Below are positions 11,164-25,100 of a DNA stretch of 64,000 nucleotides, one piece after another. The translations under genes were made by a program, and so were the position numbers. Origin of the DNA: Zancudomyces culisetae HAW-14-8 (lineage: Eukaryota > Fungi > Kickxellomycota); assembly GCA_052426225.1 (NCBI GenBank), contig JBNJNM010000008.1:1054001-1118000 (forward strand). Direction: 5' to 3'. Below the pieces are notes generated by a model that searched no databases, was not told where the DNA came from, and saw only the letters and a list, made by a program, of their open reading frames with translations. The number at the start of each line of letters is the position of its first letter. Position 1 is the stretch's first letter.

Positions 11164-11789
11164 TGTTAGATACCAATATTATACACAAACATAAAGGTAT
11201 TAACAAACTATCACACAGTTAGTTTTTGAAAGCTATTAATTTGTCAGGGTCTGGACTTGGATAAATTATATATATTGATAAACTAGACTATATGTGAATA
11301 AACTAAACGAAACTAAACTCGTAAAACTTATCGTTCCATCATGATAATTGTATAGCTTATATACTTTTCATGATGGGACGATAATGTTAAAAATACACTA
11401 ATTTAAAACATAACTAAAACATAACTAAAACATTAAATTAATAATGTGGAGGTCGGTAAATGTTATGGTTATAATTTAAAACCATAACATAATGATATGT
11501 TTATTTTAACACACAGTTTTTATTAATTTAACTAATATTACTTTAAAAGTAATTAACGAGATTGTTAAACTTAGTTGTCATCAAAGGGAAATGTATCATC
11601 TTTTATACAACTAAAATTGTCTTAAAACTTAATATATAACTAAAACTAATAAAATCTAAATAATATAAATAATAAACTTATTTCATTAATATACGTAATA
11701 ATAATGATTTACATAAATTTATTTAATATTAATTAATTAATATTGAAATAAATAAACAATATTGTTATGATACATGAGTATTCATATCA
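11164..11789. mobile_element. Solo LTR (626 bp) inserted in the DIRS gag
   Basis: TGTTAGA...ATATCA flanked by a perfect GGCTC duplication (11159-11163, 11790-11794). Removing it restores the gag frame ..EFLGS/CPRNEAIVYNPP. Confidence 0.85.
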
Positions 11790-13859
11790 GGCTCCTGCCC
11801 TCGTAACGAGGCCATAGTGTACAACCCTCCCATTCTTACAGAAATGCGCCTCAATCAATCTGCAAAAAAAATAGATTCAACCCTTTACGACCTTCAGTAA
11901 GAGCACTCAGGAATCACTAGACCGATTGATTATTTCACTCATCAAATTATTATATCTCGAGGAATTGTGGATCAGCAGTAGGCCATTAACTTTGCTAATG
12001 TTATGCGGCAGTTGGTCAGTTACATCGCTTCACACATTACCTAGCTACGGGTGGACTACATGTGTCGCGCATTGGGGATTCAAGGAGACATGCCGAAAAT
12101 CTTAGACATGAACAGAACCTGCTCATTGAACCAAGCCAGGTGGTTGACAACATTTCATCCATTGAAGCGGTCAGAAAAACAGTCAACTAGGTCAAGCAAG
12201 CAAACAGGACAGCGTTTAGCAAGTGTACAGGAAGAAGGAAGCAGTTTTTAGAGAACAGGAGCCAGCCAAACAGCAATCCTGGCAGTCGGATGCCTGTTTC
12301 ACAAGGTTTTGACAAGCCTAGCACCAGTCAGAATCATCAGAGCCAGCATCAGATCTACCAAGCTGGTAGCGGCCCTTCCTTCCGTTCTTTTGGGCAGCGA
12401 AGACGGGAACCGAGGAGGCAGTAGGAGGAAGACTATCAATGTTCCAAAGGGCGTGGAACCGTCTAACCGACGACAAATGGATCCAGTCAGTCATAGCCGA
12501 GGGATTCCGAATCCCGTTCCACAGCCAGCCACCAACCACGGATGCACCACGATTGAGACCACCACTGGTCAGCAGAGAAAGCCGGAAAACTATAGAGGAG
12601 GAGATCATAAAGCTCTTAGCCAAGAAGGGTATAGAGGAGGTAGAAGGATTGCCGAGAGGCTTCTACTCAAGCCTGTTCCTAGTGCCAAAGAAAACAGGGG
12701 AATCCAGACCGGTGTTGAACCTAAAGCCGTTTAACGCTTATATACCACCGAGCACGTTCAAGATGAAAACCCTCCAGATGGCATGCAGTCTAATAAAAAG
12801 AAAAGATTGGATGGCCAGCATCGACCTCAAAAATGCTTTTTTACACGTTCTTTTGGCCAGCTCAATAATCAAGTACTTACGGTTCCAGTGGGGAGGGAAA
12901 AGGTACCAGTGCAGAGTCATTTATTGGGCCTATCACTAAGCCCATGGACCTTCACCAAGGTACTGAAGCCCGTCTTCAAGTGTGAGGGGACGAAGATGAT
13001 ACGGTTGACAGCCTATCTCGACTATTTGCTCATCTTGGGCGAGTTGAAGAACCAGTGTACCTGAAACGTGGAGATGGTCTTCAAAAAACTGTCAAAGGTG
13101 GGTTTTTTAGTCAAGAAATCAAAGTCCTCACCAACTCCAAGTCAATCGCTGCACCATCTGGGTAAAAATATAGACACCAGAGAGATGAGCTTGAGGGGCC
13201 CAATACCAAGCTCCGAGACCTAAGAGGGAGGCCGAGAAGTTAGTCAGCAAGGGTATGGCCTCGCTCAGAAATCTAGCATCGTTCACTGGTCGAGCTCAGT
13301 CACGCTCAGCAGCTCTGCTTCCTGGTCGTCTAATGCTCAGGCGCCTCCAGGAACTCAAAATCAGAGGTTTGAAGCAGTTTGGAGACTAGAACTCAATGGT
13401 CCAAATAACCGCACCCGCGTTGGAGAACCTTCAGTGGTGGATAACTCAGCTCAGACAATGGAATGGTCGGTCATTCCTTTCAGAAGTACCGACAAAGGAA
13501 GTATTCACGGATGCAAGCGACTTGGGATGAGGCATTGTCACGAACAGGAAGACATACAGCGGTACCTGGAGCACGGAGGAAGCCAAAGATTTAATCAATG
13601 TAAGGGAATTGAGGATAGTCTTGTGGGCATTGAAGCTCCCAGAGGTAGTGGGGAGAAGTATCCTATTGTATTGCGACAACAATGCAACAATAGTTTACAT
13701 CAAGAATCTAGGAGGTACCAGGTCGCATAAGCTATTGGAGATAGCAGAGAGGGCTTATAGCCATTATCTAAGCACAGGGACTCGTCCACAGATTGACTAC
13801 ATCCCGTCAGAAATCAATCCGGCGGATTCCCCGTCAAGGCTCTCAGCACAAGTCGAGTG

Positions 13860-14275
13860 GAAGCTGTCGAATCAGATGTTCACCAGGATTGTTCGAATGT
13901 TCGGTCCCCACGACATCGATCTGTTTGCATCTCAACAGAACCGGAAGACCCCGAGGTACATGAACTGGTATCCGGACCCCAAGCAGTAGCAACGAACGCC
14001 CTGCTACACCATTGGAATGTATGGAACTATGCATACATCTGTCCCCCCTGGAATCTGATCCTTCAGATAATCCAGAAGATTTGGAGGAAGAAACTGAAAG
14101 TGACTCTGATCACTCCCAAATGGAAGTCGGGCCTGTGGTTCCCAGACCTGATGAGTTTATCAGTTGCGACACCATTGCTGGTTCCTGCGAGGGAGGTACT
14201 AGCAGACCCCTGAAGCGGAAAACGATTGATGAACAAAAACAAGAGTTGGAAGCTCGCCGCGTGGAGATTAAGCGG
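13860..14275 (+). pseudogene. DIRS-associated DNA N6-adenine methyltransferase-like domain
   Basis: WKLSNQMF..FGPHDIDLFASQQNRKTPRY followed, after a frameshift, by NAL..W..YICPPWNLI..ITPKWKSGLWFPDL. Both are typical DIRS1 MT motifs. Confidence 0.8.
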
Positions 14276-14361
14276 GCACGGTATGTCAAGCAGGGTTTAA
14301 ACGACAACATCGTAGCTCTTTTTACTGAAAAACAACGTGTCTCCCACTTAGATACACATTA

Positions 14362-14773
14362 TGTCATGAACTGATTCTAGAATGTTCGAAAACGTTCTAG
14401 AATCATCTGATTTTATTCCGCAGTAATGTTTAGAATGTTGGGGAACATTCTAGAACATTACCGAAAATTCACATTATTTATTAATTTTTCTTACGTAATA
14501 ATTTTCACATGTTTAATTTTATTAGCATTCGAGTTTGATTTTTGTTTGATTACTAATCCAATTTGATTAGTAATCAAACACGTTTTACTTTAACTTGCAT
14601 TTTTAGCTATTCCGCAGTTTTCATAGTGATTTTTTTCAAAAACCAAGGCTGGAAAAAAGTATAAAAAGGGTACAATTTTCCTGTCTTGGATTCAGTATCT
14701 AGTATCTTGTATACATTCATACAATAAACTTTAATAATAATAAATATAACTCTCCTGACTCCAGATCTTGACA
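14362..14773 (+). mobile_element. Solo LTR (412 bp) inserted in the DIRS tyrosine recombinase
   Basis: TGTCA...TGACA inverted termini and a perfect CATTA duplication (14357-14361, 14774-14778). Internal TATAAAAAGG and AATAAA. Removing it restores ..LDTHY/SRIY. Confidence 0.88.
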
Positions 14774-16082
14774 CATTACTCCCGTATCTATGAAAGTTCA
14801 TTAAGTTTTGCGATGAACGTGGAGTATCTGCATCCGATTTCTCTATAGTAGACCTCATCAACTACTTGTGTGACGGTTGCACTAACTAGAACGAGTCATA
14901 CAACACGTTTAAGTTCTACTGTTCAGCTGTCATGAACATATCCTATTTTAGGGACTTCAATGTGAACGATACTCTTTATAAGGAGTGTATTAAACCTTAA
15001 CAGCTAAGAAAATATTTAATCTAAACTCTTAAAACTATGATTTATCATTTTTAGTATCAACTCTAGTATTATGGGGCATCAACGACACTCTTTCTCTCGA
15101 AAACCCGACTCGGAATCTTTGTTTTCTGCTGGCGATATGCGGTTTCAAGCGTCCCAGCGATATCGAAAGGATCGACAACTCGAAGACTACTATGACTAAC
15201 GACATACTTAAGCTTGTTGTTATCCAGCACAAAGAGAAGCGTATGAGCTTGTCTACTACCAAGTCGGGATCTATTCACAAGCATTCAGTCGACTACATGT
15301 GTCCCGTTGCAACTTATTCTAGCTATAAAAATCATTATACTTCATTCGCTTTCAACATTCACATCAACACCCAAGGAATTTTCAAGACTTGACACTAAGT
15401 GCCTACAGTGACTCAAATAATTGTTCAAATTTTTTTGATGTTCATTAAAAAATTGTTATATCTGACGAATACTATATCGTATCACTATAAATTTTACATT
15501 ATTTTAAATCCTTTTAACATGTATTACCTATCAAATTTTTAGTATAATTAAATCACCAATCAACTGTAGATAATCAGTTAGTAATAATAATAATTCGAAC
15601 AATTATTTAGCCAATATTGTCAAAACTGGTTTAGCAATATTTAGTTTAGTACTATTTTTTATTTATATAAGACAATTGTTGTCAGATAAGGCATGAAATT
15701 TTATGGAAAAAATTAGGGTTTTTATACTTATGAAAAAGTTAGAAACTTGAATAGCAATTATTGTTTCTATCACTTGATTACTAATCAAAATGTTCTAGAC
15801 AGGAACTTATTATTAAAATCATTAAGTAATAATAAATTTCTAGAATGTTCTTAGAAAATCATGAAATGATAATTACGAATTTATTAATTAAAATTCGTAA
15901 TTTAAACTTACCAATAAATATAAATAGACACAACGGTCTAGAATTTAATTATATTTTATGGTTATGACAGTATCATTAATATTAATTAATTATAAGTTAG
16001 TATTATTTAATTTTTATTTAACAATTAGTTTAAAACATTAATATTGATACACATGATTAATATTAAATATAACATCATTAAA

Positions 16083-16365
16083 ATACGTATATTAATGAAA
16101 TAAGTTTAATATTTATAAATATTTATGATAATATTAGTTTTAGTTATATATTAAGTTTTATTACAAACTTAGTTTTATAAAATGGTATACATTTCCCTTT
16201 GATGACAACTAAGTTTAACAATCTCGTTAATTAATTATAAAGTTTTATTAGTTAAATTTATAAATACTGTGTGTTAAAATAAACATTTAATTAATAGCTT
16301 TCGAAAACTAATTGTGTGATAGTTTGTTAATACCATATTATTGTGTATAATATTGGTATCTAAAA
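16083..16365 (-). mobile_element. Diverged inverted copy of the 11164-11789 LTR family
   Basis: Reverse complement matches 11164-11240 and ~11498-11697 (e.g. TTGTTAAACTTAGTTGTCATCAAAGGGAAATGTA). Left limit uncertain. Confidence 0.8.
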
Positions 16366-16942
16366 GATGGTCGAATAGTAGGAAATTTGAAACTTGGGGT
16401 TCCCTAACGAATGGGTAAAAATTACACATTCACATCCTTTATAAATTTGAATTATTTAATTTTACGTGTACTTTATTTATATCTTTTATTCATCGATTTT
16501 ATCTGAATTATCCAATATACCATTGGCTTTAGTAACCATTTTCCTAAAAATGTACATCATGATATTTAGATATTGAAATTGGAGTATTCTTAGATGGATA
16601 ACTATAGTATGATTAATTAATTCACTTAGTTTTTGTCTTTTTGGCTTGGTTGACAGTATTAATTTAGTTTAGATTTTTATATATTATAATTTATATTTTA
16701 CCTGATAAAGTCTTAAATTGGAATTATCAGTTGTAGTTATTATATTCTTTTTAATTGTAAATTATAATTCAATCTTTGCATCAACGCCCTAGTCTAAATA
16801 TAAAGCCACATGTTCTAACATAAAAAACTAATAATCTACCTAGAAAAATAATATTCCAGTCGCTTAGTGAATCAACTTTATATTGATACTAAGGTTATAT
16901 TTATCAATAAATGGGAATTAGTTGATTAATGAAACACATCCA

Positions 16943-17250
16943 CTAGATAATTTGCAATAAAAGTGTAAAAATAAGCAACATAAGCAGAAAAGACGCTTTC
17001 TTGACCATGAAACCACTACAGGGATATCCATTATTGGATCCTTTCTCAGCGAACATTTCACCGCAATAGATGTCCTCTTGTTTACGCCAGGGCTCATTAA
17101 AAGAACATAGCCTGCATTATGTTTATTCAGACCGTATATATCAGGTATTTCGTCGACACTACAAGCATAATACCTAATTGGTGTTGTTCCATTGTAGTGA
17201 TAGCACACACAGGTTTTGGTCCTATTTGCAATTTCCAATAGTTGAATCAT
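16943..17250 (-). pseudogene. Small Cys-rich protein with hydrophobic, GPI-signal-like tail; one frameshift
   Basis: ATG in A-rich context gives ..KTCVCYHYNGTTPIRYYACS..GLNKH. A frame change then gives CRLCSFNEPWRKQEDIYCGEMFAEKGSNNGYPCSGFMVKKASFLLMLLIFTLLLQII*. Confidence 0.4.
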
Positions 17251-20200
17251 TTTTTTATACTAGAATCTGATTTTGATTGAAAATTGTCTAAACTTTTATA
17301 TCTTGTCGTATAGTTTGACATATTTAAACTGGTAGTTGTAGAATACCCTGTATATATTAACACCCAGTATTCAACTATATAAAAGAGTTGTGTATTAATA
17401 TTGCTTATATTTTCACCAATACTAAAAATTACATTACAATTCTAGATGAAAGATCAAACTTTTTTGATGTTTGGAAAAAAAAAATTAGCAACGTTTATTA
17501 AGGTGAAAAACAGTTTAAGCTAATCAAAACAAAGTGATTGAATGTAATCGGCCAATTGCGAATCAGCTTCATTTTCGTATTTGAAATAATCTCTGAATGC
17601 GTGTAATTGTAATTATTCTCAATCATCAAACGTAATATTTTAAACAAATGTAAATTTCCATACAAATTCATAATATACCAGAAAAAATTGATTCGAGTTT
17701 ACAGGGTTTTGGTATTAATGTATTAATAGTATAACCAGAATATCTTTTTTTAAAAGCAAGTAGTATTTGTGTGATTTAGTTTGGGATGTGAGTTGGGTTC
17801 TACTATTATTAATTTGCTTTCATTATACCTCAAACCCTAAACATGGCAACAAAATTCTAATATGTAGATCAATTTTCTAGGGTTTTTATATAAGCAATCT
17901 TTTGTCAATTAATGGTTAGGTTCTACTCAATTATGTATACAACTACAAGAACTAAAAATTCTAAAAGGTATAGGATTCCAATTAATTGGTGTTTGTTGGT
18001 ATAATAAGGACAGCTATATTATAATTCGACATTAGCACATATATACATATAAAACAAAACACATTCGATTTGCCAGTTATGATAGCTCACTGTAGATATT
18101 TATATTTTCTTTTTTTCGTTTGCGTGTAATATTCTATATTTGTGTTCACTTTTATTCTTCATTTTGTTTATTAAAATAAGGAAAATTAACACTATTGATG
18201 GATGTACGGTTTTGCAGATAGTCATGTTTTTAATAAAAGATGATTTTAAAGAGCTAGAGAAAAGATGAAAGTGGCCTTAAAGATACCAATAAACTGGAAC
18301 TAGGCATTTGAAACAAGCACTTTTAAACGCAATGCTTTGATCTTATTTCTATTACTTTTTGATTGCAATAAGTTAGTTTGTCGGGATATAAATTATATCC
18401 ATGTGTTGATACAGCTTGCCTTTCTAGAATAAAGTTTATAAATTACAATGAGGTGGTATATCTTTGCAAATATGTTGATTTCGATTTAGTTAAATTCGGC
18501 TATATTAAAACATTTTTCTCATATTATAAATCTTTAAAGATGATGTTTGGGGAGGTACCACAATTAAAACTATGCAGATTGTGGAAAACTTAAAATGCAG
18601 AAAAATTTGAGAGTAATAATTTGTGATATTCATAGAATAGAGGCTGGTCTTGAAACCCAGGAGAGGATCAGTAGATGTTGGACTTTTCTACTTGTAACTG
18701 CCCTGTTGTTACTCAGTTGAAGAGATATTATTTGACCCAGCAACAATTAAATAGGAATTAATATAGAGTTGGGCCTATTCAAAAATCTAGCAGTCATATT
18801 TATGTGTTTAGGGTTGATTTATTTTAGCGATATAGATAATTTAATTTCAGATAGAAAGCAATCAATATTTATAATTGCTATCGGAATAGCAAAGTGTAAG
18901 GATATAGGCTACAAAAATGTAACGAGAAAAAACATTAAACATTGTGTTTAGCAAATTTGGGCAAAAAAATCGATGTTTATTTTGTAATCTTGGGTGAGTT
19001 AGGTGTTTATTGGATTTATTCCATGAAATAGTAGTTTCTACAGCTTAACTGATTTGTAAAGAGAAACAAACAAGCAATCAGCTTAATGATTAATATTAGT
19101 GGTAATTATTACAGTTTTGTAGATTCGAATACGATATTGAGTAATAAATTGAGTTATTGAGAATTGGTTGCTGTATAGTGGTAACTGTATCCATAATTGG
19201 GAGGGTAATATGGGTACGACGGTTTGTAAGTGGGAAATAGGATTAATAAAGAAATCAAGCTTTTGCAAATACCACACGTTGTTCTCTTGCCCAAGAAAGG
19301 TGTTATAGAGTCTTGTTGAGTGTACTGTGGAATGAAAAAAAGTTTAATGGTAGCTTGAGGTCATTTTTATCGATTGATATTACGCAATTTGCAATCAAGT
19401 TCAAAAACCAAAATTGAACTAATGAGCGTATTTTATATAAGATTAAGTTCAACATAATATAGTGTATAAAGTGAGAAGATGGGAGAAATTGTCTATGAAC
19501 ATTTCAACTGGGATTCAATATGATGGTCCAAAGTGAAGGCATAGAATAGTGGAAAGTAGGGATTTAAATTGAATTTTTTATTAGTATTTTGGCTTTTCAA
19601 AGTTATCTTTGGATTGATGCTGCTTGATATGAAAGGGGGATGTGAATAAGGGGAACGTTAATTAATTGCTTAAACTGTCATGGAGGAGTAAGAGGAGGTT
19701 GGGTATATCATCCGTAATATTGGATTAACTAATGGACCCAGCAAGTTTATTTTTACTTGCCGTACGGATATAATAGTATAAAGCAATTTTCACGATTTAA
19801 TTGGATATGAGTTCAAAACGATTAAATTAATTTAGAGTGGCAAAATTAATGTGATGGTAGTGGATAGAAAAAACGGAGATGAAAGCAAGAAAATAAACCA
19901 ACGAATTAAACAGCAAGGATTTTTCGGGAGTGCAAGCCTGGTAAGTTGAATGTTATTGGAAAAGCCAAAATTAAATTTTTGTAAAACGGTTACCCACACC
20001 TGGAAAAAAATAGTATTGGCAAATGAGAACCTCAACAGAAAATAATAGGGATGCTTGAGGTTTGCTTGAGGTTTGCTTGGAGGATAAAGCAGATCTGCTT
20101 GTGGAGAGATAAAGATAAAGGGGGACAAAGCTGTTGAAAGTTACAGCAAGGATTGTGGGTAATAATGGTTAATATTATCTGCAACTAATGAAAGCGAACA

Positions 20201-22143
20201 AATGTTGGTATTTGACTTTAATTTTTTTTGACTAGGGGATTGGTGAATGTGAGAGAGAGGGGGTAGAGAGATTGGGAGGTCCAAAAGTCAAAATAAAAAA
20301 AAAGTCTGAGGTTTACAATGTGCGACGATTAGGAGGGTCAATGAAAATGCAGATGGAAATAAAAAAACAGCGGAATTTTTATTTTTCTGCAAACTCGTTT
20401 GATTTATTTATTTATTTATTTTAGAAACGCATTAATACATCTGGCTAAAAATAAATATCGGCTAATGAAAAACCAGTAAAATCGTTAAAATCATTACAAA
20501 TCCCCTTGAATATTAGGATTAGGAGATTTGTAAAATAACGTCTATTTGGTGGATTAATATATGCTGTATTTTCAATAATTCGATTATACAACAACAAACT
20601 AAAAACAAGCTTTTTGATGCTTTCCAACAATTAACTAGTGTTGTAATTAATGCAACGTAAAGGTAAAAAACTGAATAAAAAAATAGCCAGAAAAAAAAAA
20701 TTTTTTTTTCCTCCGCCCTATTTTTTTTATTCTGGTTGTTGCTTTGTAAATGGTGTTTGTGTACATGAGAAAACGTGAGCTTTTAAAGTCTGATAACAAA
20801 TTACTAGCGAGAAAAGTAATAAAAAAAAAGGTCGACGATTTCTACTTGTATTTTCATCAACAAATAAAATATTGATTGAATTTTTTTTTTAGTTTGCACC
20901 ATAAATCTATGGTTAATGTAAATTCCAAAGTTCATATTGAAGAACAACAAAAGTGGCTTTATTGGGTTCATTAGAAAAAATAACACAAAAAAAAAAGTTT
21001 GGAAAAAAAAAACACGCCCATCTGTTCTCTTTTATTTTTATTTTTACATTATAATGGATGAACGATATTATGAATGGGATTATGAATGGAAGGACAAGAA
21101 AAGAAAAAATCTGGCCAGTACATTGACAAGCTATATTTATTATTAAATTTGGGTTTAGTTTTTATATTAATGTTCTGCAAAGTTTTCAAGTTAAAAAACA
21201 AACATTAACATTTTCACTGTTTGCACTTTTACACTTTAGTTTTTACCTGATGCTTTTCTTTTATACTTTCTATTCAACCTAAAAAAAAGTCTTTTTAAAA
21301 TATTCTTAAGGGATAGATAGTAAAAGGCGGAGTAAAGGTATATTGCTTAATAAGAGAAGAGAGATAGCATTATCACTATAGTTATAAGCAAGCAAGTATT
21401 AGGAGAGAAGCAAAGAAATTATATAATTCAAAGACAAGAGTAAGTATGTCCTAGATACTTGAGAGTTAATAGGAATAGCACGAATAAAAGATAAAAATAA
21501 GTGTGGGAGTTGGAGTAAGAAGTACGAGGGTGTCTTTAAACAAAAGATTGGTATACTAGGTGAAATAGAACTAACATACATGTACTTTGGATAACATTAG
21601 ATAATATTTGTTCTAGTTCTTGGTTGATATTATTATTTTTTTGCAGTAATTATCTTGGCATCATTTAGAGTAAGTCATATACAATTAGCTGTGACCAGAG
21701 ATGTTTATAGCTGATGCCAGCTTTTGTAGATAACATGTGTAATGTTATGCTAAAAATTAACAAATAAATGTAATATGAATAGGTTTAGGCACAGTTGAAA
21801 AAAATATCAATTCACGGGATTTAAGAGTTTAGGAAATCTACACTATACAAACAACAAGACCCTGTATACAGTTCAGTATAAAGTTACTAATTGGGGAATT
21901 AAAGTATAGAAAGTTTTCAGGATATAGATACTAAAGTTTAATTTATAATCTGGATAAACTTGGTACTAGAAAACGTCGATAATTTTTTCTTTTATTTTCA
22001 AAAAAAAGTTGGGGATAAAGAAGGTCAAAGATAGTATAGAAATAATAGTGGATAAAAAGAATTAGGAAATTTCCTAAAATAGAAAAGAGAATAGACAAAA
22101 AAAAGATCAAGAAAAAAATAATCCAGATAAAAAATAAAAAAAG

Positions 22144-25100
22144 ATGGAATACTATGGAGGAGACCAAGGGGATAAAGGAGAAGACAAATACTATGGTAAC
22201 GGGGGAGCAGAATACACAGCAGACAACTATGAGTATGATGAAATAGATCCATACTTGAATATAGAATACCAAAACTACGATACACAAAACTATGACAGGC
22301 AAAACTACGCAGATCAATATGAACCGTACGGAAACCAATATGGAGGAGATGAGATGTATGACGAGCAGGATTATGAAGGACAAGACCCATACGGAGCACC
22401 GTACGGAGAATACGGCGGAGAAGGATATGCACGAGACTACAGCTATAATGGAGGAGGGTACCAGGGTAACCAAGGGCCAATAATGACAGTAGGAGGAGGA
22501 GAGGGTAGTGGGGGGAAGAGAAGAAGAGGAGCTAACCGAAGAAGATCGATAGGGTATTCAGACCATGATTCAGCGAGCGATGGAGGATATTCAATTCGGT
22601 CATCACTGGTGAAGACACCGGCGTCGCAGGCTTCGGGACAAGATGTGGATATATTTGGGGCATATAGAACAAAGACAGCAGATGCAGGAAGATATGGAGA
22701 CTATGCGCCATCAACAGATTCGCTTTTGCACATGTTGGAGGCCAAGAAGCGGTTTAAGCCAACAGGGTCGGTGGGATCGTTTCTGAGGAACGAGTCGTGG
22801 GTGAGCAATCCAAAGCAAGGAGAGGCTGACTTTGGAAAGGGTGAGTTCCTATTTAACGACGCGCCATATCCATCATGGAGTGATCCAAACCAAATCCCAT
22901 TGTCGAAGGAGGAGATAGAGGACATATTTAAGGACTTGGCGTTTAGGTTGGGATTCCAGCAGGATAACATGAAGAACATGTATGACATGATGATGGTGCT
23001 TTTGGACAGTCGAGCATCACGAATGAGTCCAGGGATGGCATTGCTGACACTACATGCCGACTATATTGGAGGCGACCATGCAAACTACCGAAGATGGTAT
23101 TTTTCAGCGCAGTTGGACAAAGATACACCGGCAGTCAGGGAAGAGACAAGTCGTAAGAAAAAGCGCGAGGTAGATGAGCTAGAGGCGAATGGTCAGGAGG
23201 ATGATACGATTAAGGAGTTTGAGGAAAACTGGCGGGCCAAGATGAGTGCACTCTCACAATATGAGAAGGCAAGACAGATAGCATTGTGGTTTCTGTTATG
23301 GGGAGAGGCAGGAAACTTGAGATTCTGTAGTGAGCTTTTGTGTTTTATATTCAAGATGGCAGAAGATTATTACAAATCGGTGGCATGTCAGCAAAAGACA
23401 GAGGCAGAACCAGAGAACTGGTATTTGAGAAACATAGTAAAGCCGGTGTATGACTTTGTTAGAGACGAAGGATATGTGATAATTAAAGGGAAAATGTTGA
23501 GGAGAGAACGAGACCATATAGATATTATAGGATATGATGATTTGAATGAAACGTTTTGGATGCCAAAGGGACTGTATAAACTCAAGACAATGGAGGAGAA
23601 GCAAGTGTTTATGGATATAGCACCGGAGGATCGATGGCTGCGGTTTAAGGATATCAACTTTAAGAAAAGCATTAGCAAGACGTATAAGGAACGCCGAACA
23701 ATTGCACACATCCTGACGAATTTCAGTCGGGTGTGGATTATGCATGTGGTGGTATATCTGTACTACATTATGTATGCGTCGAATTTTTTGTATGATGTGA
23801 GTTTTGAGTTGCGGGATTCAGGCAATCCAAACGTTGTTCTTAACGGACAGGTGGTCAAACTGCCAGACGTGACTCCACGGATGTTGACGTTGGTGGCAGC
23901 GATGGGAGCGTTTGCGCCATTGATATCGATATTGGGGACATTGTTTGAGATAACGTTTGTAGAGAAGAGTCGTTTGCATCTGAAAATATTGTTTTCGCGA
24001 ATAGGATTGTTGATAGGATTCTTTATATTGGATTTGGCACCAGTATATTTTTGTTTGAAGTTTGGATATGATCCACGATTTGAGGAAAAGAAGTATTCAT
24101 CGTGGGTGACTGAGATATCGGATGGATATGACCCAGAAGCAGGAGGAAACACATTTGTATTTCCATTTGAAGCGGTAGATGAAGGCAGTGTCAAGTCATC
24201 AGCATTAAGAAACTTTAAAATTGTCAAGGCAGTGTCGATAGTACAATTGATATATTCAATTGCAATTACAGTATATTTGGCAATAATCATTCCAGGGAAG
24301 TTTATGGTTAGAAATGTAAAAGGACGAGGAGAGCGAGGATTGATTAACCAGACATTTACAGCGAATTTCCCACCACTGCCACGGTCAGCTCGGTCAATTT
24401 CAGTTGCGTTGTGGTTAATAATTTTTGGATGCAAGTATTTGGAATCATATTTCTTCTTGGCTTTGTCGTTTAAGGATACATTCCGGTGGCTATATTTCTA
24501 TCAACCACTTGACTGTAATGAAAGGTTTTTGGGAAATATGTTGTGTTCATATCAAAACTACATTACGCTGTTTTTCATGTTATTGCTTGATCTGTTTTTG
24601 TTCTTTTTGGACACGTATCTGTGGTATGTGGTTTGGAACACGTTGTTTTCGGTGTTTATTTCGTTCCATTCGGGAATTTCGATTCTTACACCTTGGAAAA
24701 ACATCTTTTCTAGACTGCCAAAGCGAATCTACACAAAGGTTTTGGCAACATCGGGAATGGAAATCAAATACAAACCCAAAGTGTTGTGTTCGCAGGTATG
24801 GAATGCAATTATTATAAGTATGTATCGAGAACACTTGCTTAGTATTGAACATGTACAAAAATTGCTTTATCAACAAGTGCCAAGTGATGAGAGTGGAAAG
24901 AGATCATTGAAACAGCCATCATTCTTTGTATCGCAAGATGACTCCAACACAGCACAGGAGTATTATCCACCACATTCAGAGGCAGAGCGAAGAATATCGT
25001 TCTTTGCACAATCGTTGTCAACAGTGGTTCCAGAAGCGATTCCAGTAGAAAACATGCCGACATTTACAGTGTTGACGCCTCACTATGGGGAGAAGATATT

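Larger units (their letters stand above)
10858..15335 (+). mobile_element. Decayed DIRS1-type tyrosine-recombinase retrotransposon (gag, RT, RNase H, MT, YR)
   Basis: RT: FYSSLFLVPKK..RPVLNLK, SIDLKNAF, YLDY. RNase H: FTDAS, INVREL, YCDN, NPADSPSR. MT: DIDLFAS, YICPPW. YR: GFKRPSDIERID, CPVATY. Many stops and frameshifts; termini not resolved. Confidence 0.88.

Noticed and set aside
11795-11820. Hairpin CCTCGTAACGAGG plus CATAG as a Helitron 3' end
   Set aside because: It is DIRS gag coding sequence (CPRNEAIV), and the neighbouring insert is explained by TG..CA ends with a 5-bp TSD.
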